Assembly: GCA_038209745.1 (NCBI GenBank)
Contig: JBBQXJ010000046.1
Coordinates: forward strand, 1 to 36,146
DNA length: 36,146 bases
Direction of reading: 5' to 3'
Source: Verrucomicrobiota bacterium
GTDB taxonomy: Bacteria > Verrucomicrobiota > Verrucomicrobiia > Limisphaerales > CANJSG01
The position numbers and the translations under genes were made by a program. The notes under the pieces are model-generated. The model was not told where the DNA came from and made no database searches. It was given only the letters and a program-made list of their open reading frames with translations. Position 1 is the stretch's first letter; the number at the start of each line of letters is the position of its first letter. Below are positions 33,701 through 36,146 of this stretch, one piece after another.

Positions 33701-35084
33701 CCGCCGCAACCGCGTCGAGCAGCGTCTGGAAATGGACGAGCAGGCGGGAAATGTCGGGCGCGTCGAAGATCAGGGCGTCGTATTTCAACGCGCCGTGCAG
33801 TTCGCCGGCCGTTTCCTTCAGCGCCAGGCTGAGGTCGACCATCGCCTCGGCATCGACCGGAGTCTCCACGCGGCAATCCACACCGGGAACTTGCCACGAA
33901 CTGTCCGACGCCTCTTCCAGCACGACCAGCACGTTGAAGAGCGGGCTTCGTCCGGGTTGTCGGACAGGCTGCGTCGCCTCGACGATCTTAAGGAGCGGGA
34001 CGTCCTCCGTTTCCATCGCCGCCAGCAGGGTGTCCCGCACCTGCACCAAGATTTCCGAGAAGGTGGGATCGGAGGCGAAGTCCGCCTTCAAGGGCAAGAA
34101 ATTGACGTAGAAACCGACCTGGTTCTCGGCTTCGAACCGACTTCTGCCGGCGAACGGCGATCCAACCACGATCTCGGATTGCCCGGAGCAACGGTGGAGG
34201 AGCGACTGGAAGGCGGCGAGCAGGGTCACGAACAGGCTGCAGCCGTGGCGTTGTCCCACGGCGCGGATCGCGGCCAAACGGCCCGGAGACAAACGGAACT
34301 CCTTCTGGTGGGTTCGTCCCGCGCGGTTCGTCCCGGCAGGCTTCGCGATGGGCAGCGCCACGGAGGACGGAGCTCCGGCCAGTTGGCGTTTCCAGTAAAC
34401 GAGGGCCGTTTCGAAAGAAGAGTCCGACTCGGCGCTTCGCTGCCACGCGGCGAAATCCCGGTATTGTCGAGCCAGTTCGGGCAGTCGGGCTGTGGGGCCG
34501 GACGTGCGCTCTTGGTAGAGCGCCGCCAAGTCACGCAGCATGACCCCTATGGACCCGCCGTCGCAGACGATGGGGTGCATCGCCAACAGCAACACATGGT
34601 CAAGGGCGTCGATCCGGAAAAGCTTTGCCCGGAGCAAGGGCCCTTGTTGCAGGTCGAACGGGAGCACGGTCTCGTCGGTCACCTGGTGGACTATCGCGGC
34701 TTCCCGTTCGGTGCGGGGAAGGTCTTCGAGGTCGATGGACGCGAGCTTCGTGGTCGGTTCAGGCCCGATCCGGCAGCGGGGTTCCCCGTCGATCGACAAG
34801 AACGTTGTCCGAAGCGCTTCATGGCGCCGGACCAATCCGTCGAAGGCGGCGACCAGAGCGAGTTCGTTGAGCGGGCCGGTGAGCCGGACCGACTTCACCA
34901 CATGATAGGCCACGCTGCCGGGGTTGATCTGGTCGAGAAACCACAGTTGGCCTTGGCCATACGACACCGGGAAGTGCGGAGCCGCAGAGTCTGGGGCTCG
35001 ACCTCGTCCGGTGGTTGGCACGCTCTCTAGAATATTCAAATTGGTGGGGTCAAGCGGTTGCGTGGTGCGACCGGTAGGTTTCAC
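27765..35084 (-). CDS. Two-module non-ribosomal peptide synthetase, C-A-T-C-A-T-TE
   Basis: 2439 aa; two TSGSTGxPKG/YGPTE/LYRTGD A domains, two GGHSL carrier domains, C motifs HPIVCDG and HHAVCDG, TE GFSFAG...GEH. GTG start uncertain. Confidence 0.96.
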   Translation of the reverse strand: MKPTGRTTQPLDPTNLNILESVPTTGRGRAPDSAAPHFPVSYGQGQLWFLDQINPGSVAYHVVKSVRLTGPLNELALVAAFDGLVRRHEALRTTFLSIDGEPRCRIGPEPTTKLASIDLEDLPRTEREAAIVHQVTDETVLPFDLQQGPLLRAKLFRIDALDHVLLLAMHPIVCDGGSIGVMLRDLAALYQERTSGPTARLPELARQYRDFAAWQRSAESDSSFETALVYWKRQLAGAPSSVALPIAKPAGTNRAGRTHQKEFRLSPGRLAAIRAVGQRHGCSLFVTLLAAFQSLLHRCSGQSEIVVGSPFAGRSRFEAENQVGFYVNFLPLKADFASDPTFSEILVQVRDTLLAAMETEDVPLLKIVEATQPVRQPGRSPLFNVLVVLEEASDSSWQVPGVDCRVETPVDAEAMVDLSLALKETAGELHGALKYDALIFDAPDISRLLVHFQTLLDAVAADPQMRVAELPLMPETERRRVLVEWNDTSLAYPRDRCLHQLIEAQADRTPNAIALVAGEKRFTYRELNSAANRLAHHLTRLGAGPERRVGIFMDRSRAMVIGLLAILKTGAAYVPLDPAYPRDRIAFIVEDADCGILLTEDRHLSALPNHRAQVVCLDSLDVSEESEGDWVCTGSPGDLAYVIFTSGSTGRPKGVAIEHRSVVALVEWARTVFGPEELAGVLFATSICFDLSVFELFVPLSLGGTVLLADNILQLPTLPARSEVKLVNTVPSALAELLRSSPLPPSVQTVNLAGEPLPAALVERIYAESNVQKVYDLYGPTEDTVYSTFTLRTRGGPTTIGRPIANTQAYILDRHLQPQPIGVPGELFLGGEGLARGYLNRTDLTAEKFVSNPFDLSPGARLYRTGDLARYLDDGNIEFLGRLDHQVKIRGFRIELGEIEAVLETSPGVRQALVTAQEEDGENCLVAYVEGESPEAVAPVTLRAFIRSRLPEHMIPSFIVGVPAMPLTPNGKVDRRALAALPKDRVRTAGGQTPPSTPTEIGLAEIWGEILGLKTVAANENFFELGGHSLKAVRVVSRVRAAFAIDLPVRALLEHPTIARLGAFVDAPERGAAHAPEMPVQNTGTELGQFPASTAQQQLWLLDQLDPGNVAYNLPTAIHLDGSLDKPSLRAALDALVRRHEPLRTTFTLHGSGLMQTVHPAGSCSFEELAFVKGTEPEASKSLDQVLTDRAIAPFDLAHGPLFRAHLIQTGGQFHILLLVAHHAVCDGWSLGVIARDLAKSYNSFRANRPASFPEKGFRFADFAGWQRDGQRSAPAAGHLAYWRDQLAEAPAELELPADRPRNSERRRPGAWEPVRISPSLAAGLKGLALSRGCNLFSVLLSAFHVLLHRLSGQPVVVVGTPLAGRTRVETEDLVGMFVNVLPLKADCADNPTFEALLAEVHHTAWEAQDHQDLPFGQLVETLLPGRTAGTNPFFQSVFVLQNTPQSTGQMDGISWRWDPVCTGTAKFDLTLVLTETGDGLEGFLEYDSGLFLPATAARWAKHLMALLQSVVAQPQQRISFLPLLSEAERHQLVVEWNDTADDYPRDRRVHELFEQQARSTPDRVAVQIGEQSLTYFELNQQAERWTKSLVDLGVGPDVLVGISVERSMEMVVGLLAILKAGGAYLPLDPDYPRERLVFMLRDASPRVLLTQTRLHSEAARWIAAAAEDGSFKPPATLDLDDEPPDAKPSTRLRGGSPDDLAYVIYTSGSTGQPKGVEIPHRGVVRLVKGTRYASFGPDEVFLQMAPLAFDASTFEIWGPLLNGGRLVLMPPGRPGLEDIGREIKARGITTLWLTSGLFHLMVEERLDDLKPLRQLLAGGDALSPSHVVRARKALVGCRLINGYGPTESTTFACCHDIHESDDAERSVPIGRPIANTRVHLLDAHLQPVPVGMPGELFIGGDGLARGYLHRPELTREKFVADPFSSRPGSRLYRTGDRARYRPDGSIEFLGRVDDQVKIRGFRVELGELEAVLASHPHVGQVAAIVRTDPRGKTLAACFVARSEPAPTKGELRQFLAGKLPDHMQPSAFLAVAAFPLTPNGKIDRRALGALDGWNARPEAAVTAPRSQMESRLAAIWEELLGLSGIGIEEDFFSLGGHSLLAVRMVHRINRDLIAGLGTVDLFNHPTIEKLAHCLASRGPGTAPTARIVPLRRGSGTRPVFFLYAGPDEWNLASLFHEAGPVFGIQVPWRKEWHAAAAEGRTSALPTLEELVAPYTAEIRKSPDASGCILAGFSFAGLMAHEAARQLRRSGHRVDDLFLFDAWAYDPSIFQIWNHRVAQLWRQHPVEGPWKEVFSTFRSNLRATWKLTWEVVVRQKRRLWAWFQKLPPEPHMHAVTSLIDDEGEGITVGCMLAIYQKIFANLRAKPLPGSVALFRAIHAKENELHGMDESLGWNRLHPDGVEIVPVEGEHHSMFQREPHRAALAKAIGEVMARRNRGSS

Positions 35085-35656
35085 GCCAGGGCGCGAAGAA
35101 GGGGGGTAATCCTATTTTTTGCCTGGCATGCTAATTTAAATCTCGAAAAGTCGATCGACATAAATCTCGTGCGGCTTGAGGTAGGTGGCGATGACGATGG
35201 CAAGTTTTGCGCGACCTGTATCCGTGTAACGCATCGAAATGCGGATAAACCTCTTGTCGCTGGATGTCAATCGCTGGGACTAAGTTCCGTTCGAATGTTG
35301 GCTGGAAGTGCGGAAATGGGGGAGTAGGAATCGCAGGGTTTCAAAGGTTCCACAAATATGTCCTTCGCAAAATGTGCCGGGTATTCTGGCTGAACGCCGA
35401 GGAGTCGGTTGAACTTGATCCAGCTGGATAAACCGACTTTCTGGCAGATTCCGGCGTTATCTCCATTCTCTGATCAAATAGTCGCCGCGAAAGAGCCGTG
35501 GCTGGCCACGGAAAGTAAATTGATGGTCAACAGTTTGGAGTCGACGGCCTGCGGAACAGAATGCCTCCGAATCAGGGTCATGTGACGCCTTACAGACGAC
35601 CAAAAAGGGGCCGTTTCTTGACTGTAAACACCATCGAAGTAAACCTTGTTATTTGA

Positions 35657-35700
35657 GGTTGTCCGCTGTTTTCAGTGGGTGGATGGCGGCAGCGCAGACA
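35657..35700 (-). mobile_element. Orphan ISL3 right-end remnant
   Basis: 24/27 match to the reverse complement of 294-320, including 20 consecutive identical bases; minus strand reads ...LPPSTH* like the transposase end ...LPSTH*. Confidence 0.75.
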
Positions 35701-35818
35701 TCGCCCGATTGTAAATAAAGGCCAAGTATATTTTTTAATATGAGTTGCAGAGACTGCGATTTCGCAGCGGCTTTGGCCGGCTCATCAAAGTAGTGTTTTA
35801 CAAACTAAAACAAACGAT

Positions 35819-36146
35819 AAACCTTATTTAGTAGCTTTGGCCGGAGTGATCTACCGGGAGAACCAGTTGATCCTTGGAACGGTCGTGTTGGTCCAAGCGT
35901 CCAGCGCCTCGGGCAATCCATTTCTCTTCCTCACCAACAATGCCGCGCCGACCGGCGAGAATCTCGCCGTGCACCTGAAGCGCCCCGACATCCACCGACT
36001 GTCACCGAAAAATTTCTACACCCCGGCCATGAACACGGCCGACTTCCTCAGCGAAGCCGATGCCGGTTGCCCCGGGTTTGCGTTGGGCGAAGGGGCCGTC
36101 TCCATGGAACGGGTGGCCAAGGCGCACGGATGCCCGGAGACGGGCG
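35819..36146 (+). pseudogene. Degenerate HAD-IIA (NagD-like) hydrolase, runs off right edge
   Basis: Manual translation: KPYLVALAGVIYRENQLI...PFLFLTNNAAPT...FYTPAMNTADFL...ALGEG; motif II LTNN intact, motif I DxD reads AxA. Confidence 0.7.

Noticed and set aside
35085..35656. Small ORF 35058-35327 and a possible integrase remnant near 35470-35590
   Set aside because: No convincing motifs; AT-richer, stop-rich sequence that is more likely regulatory or decayed.

Overview
A GC-rich bacterial chromosomal segment, probably PVC superphylum/Verrucomicrobiota (inferred from the Gyr[11 protein letters not shown] signature; not proven). From left to right: the 3' end of an ISL3-family element next to a decayed TerB-like gene; gyrA and gyrB; a MexEF-OprN-like RND efflux operon with a divergent LysR regulator and an EamA/DMT transporter; a YtrA-type GntR/ABC operon whose permease is internally duplicated and fused to RCC1-like repeats; an iron-containing alcohol dehydrogenase; a lipoprotein; gcvT-gcvH; a small protein with a C-terminal membrane anchor; a luxE-MFS-luxC-queD unit with no luciferase or luxD; a convergent two-module NRPS (C-A-T-C-A-T-TE, predicted Ala-Val, first C domain lacking its catalytic His) coupled to an Sfp-type PPTase; and an AT-richer tail with an orphan ISL3 end and a degenerate NagD-like HAD gene. 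Two REP/MITE-like palindromes lie in intergenic spacers. No rRNA, tRNA or CRISPR array was seen. The best candidates for undescribed systems are the luxE-MFS-luxC-queD unit, the NRPS, and the RCC1-fused Ytr permease. All motif calls were made by eye; no database search was run.
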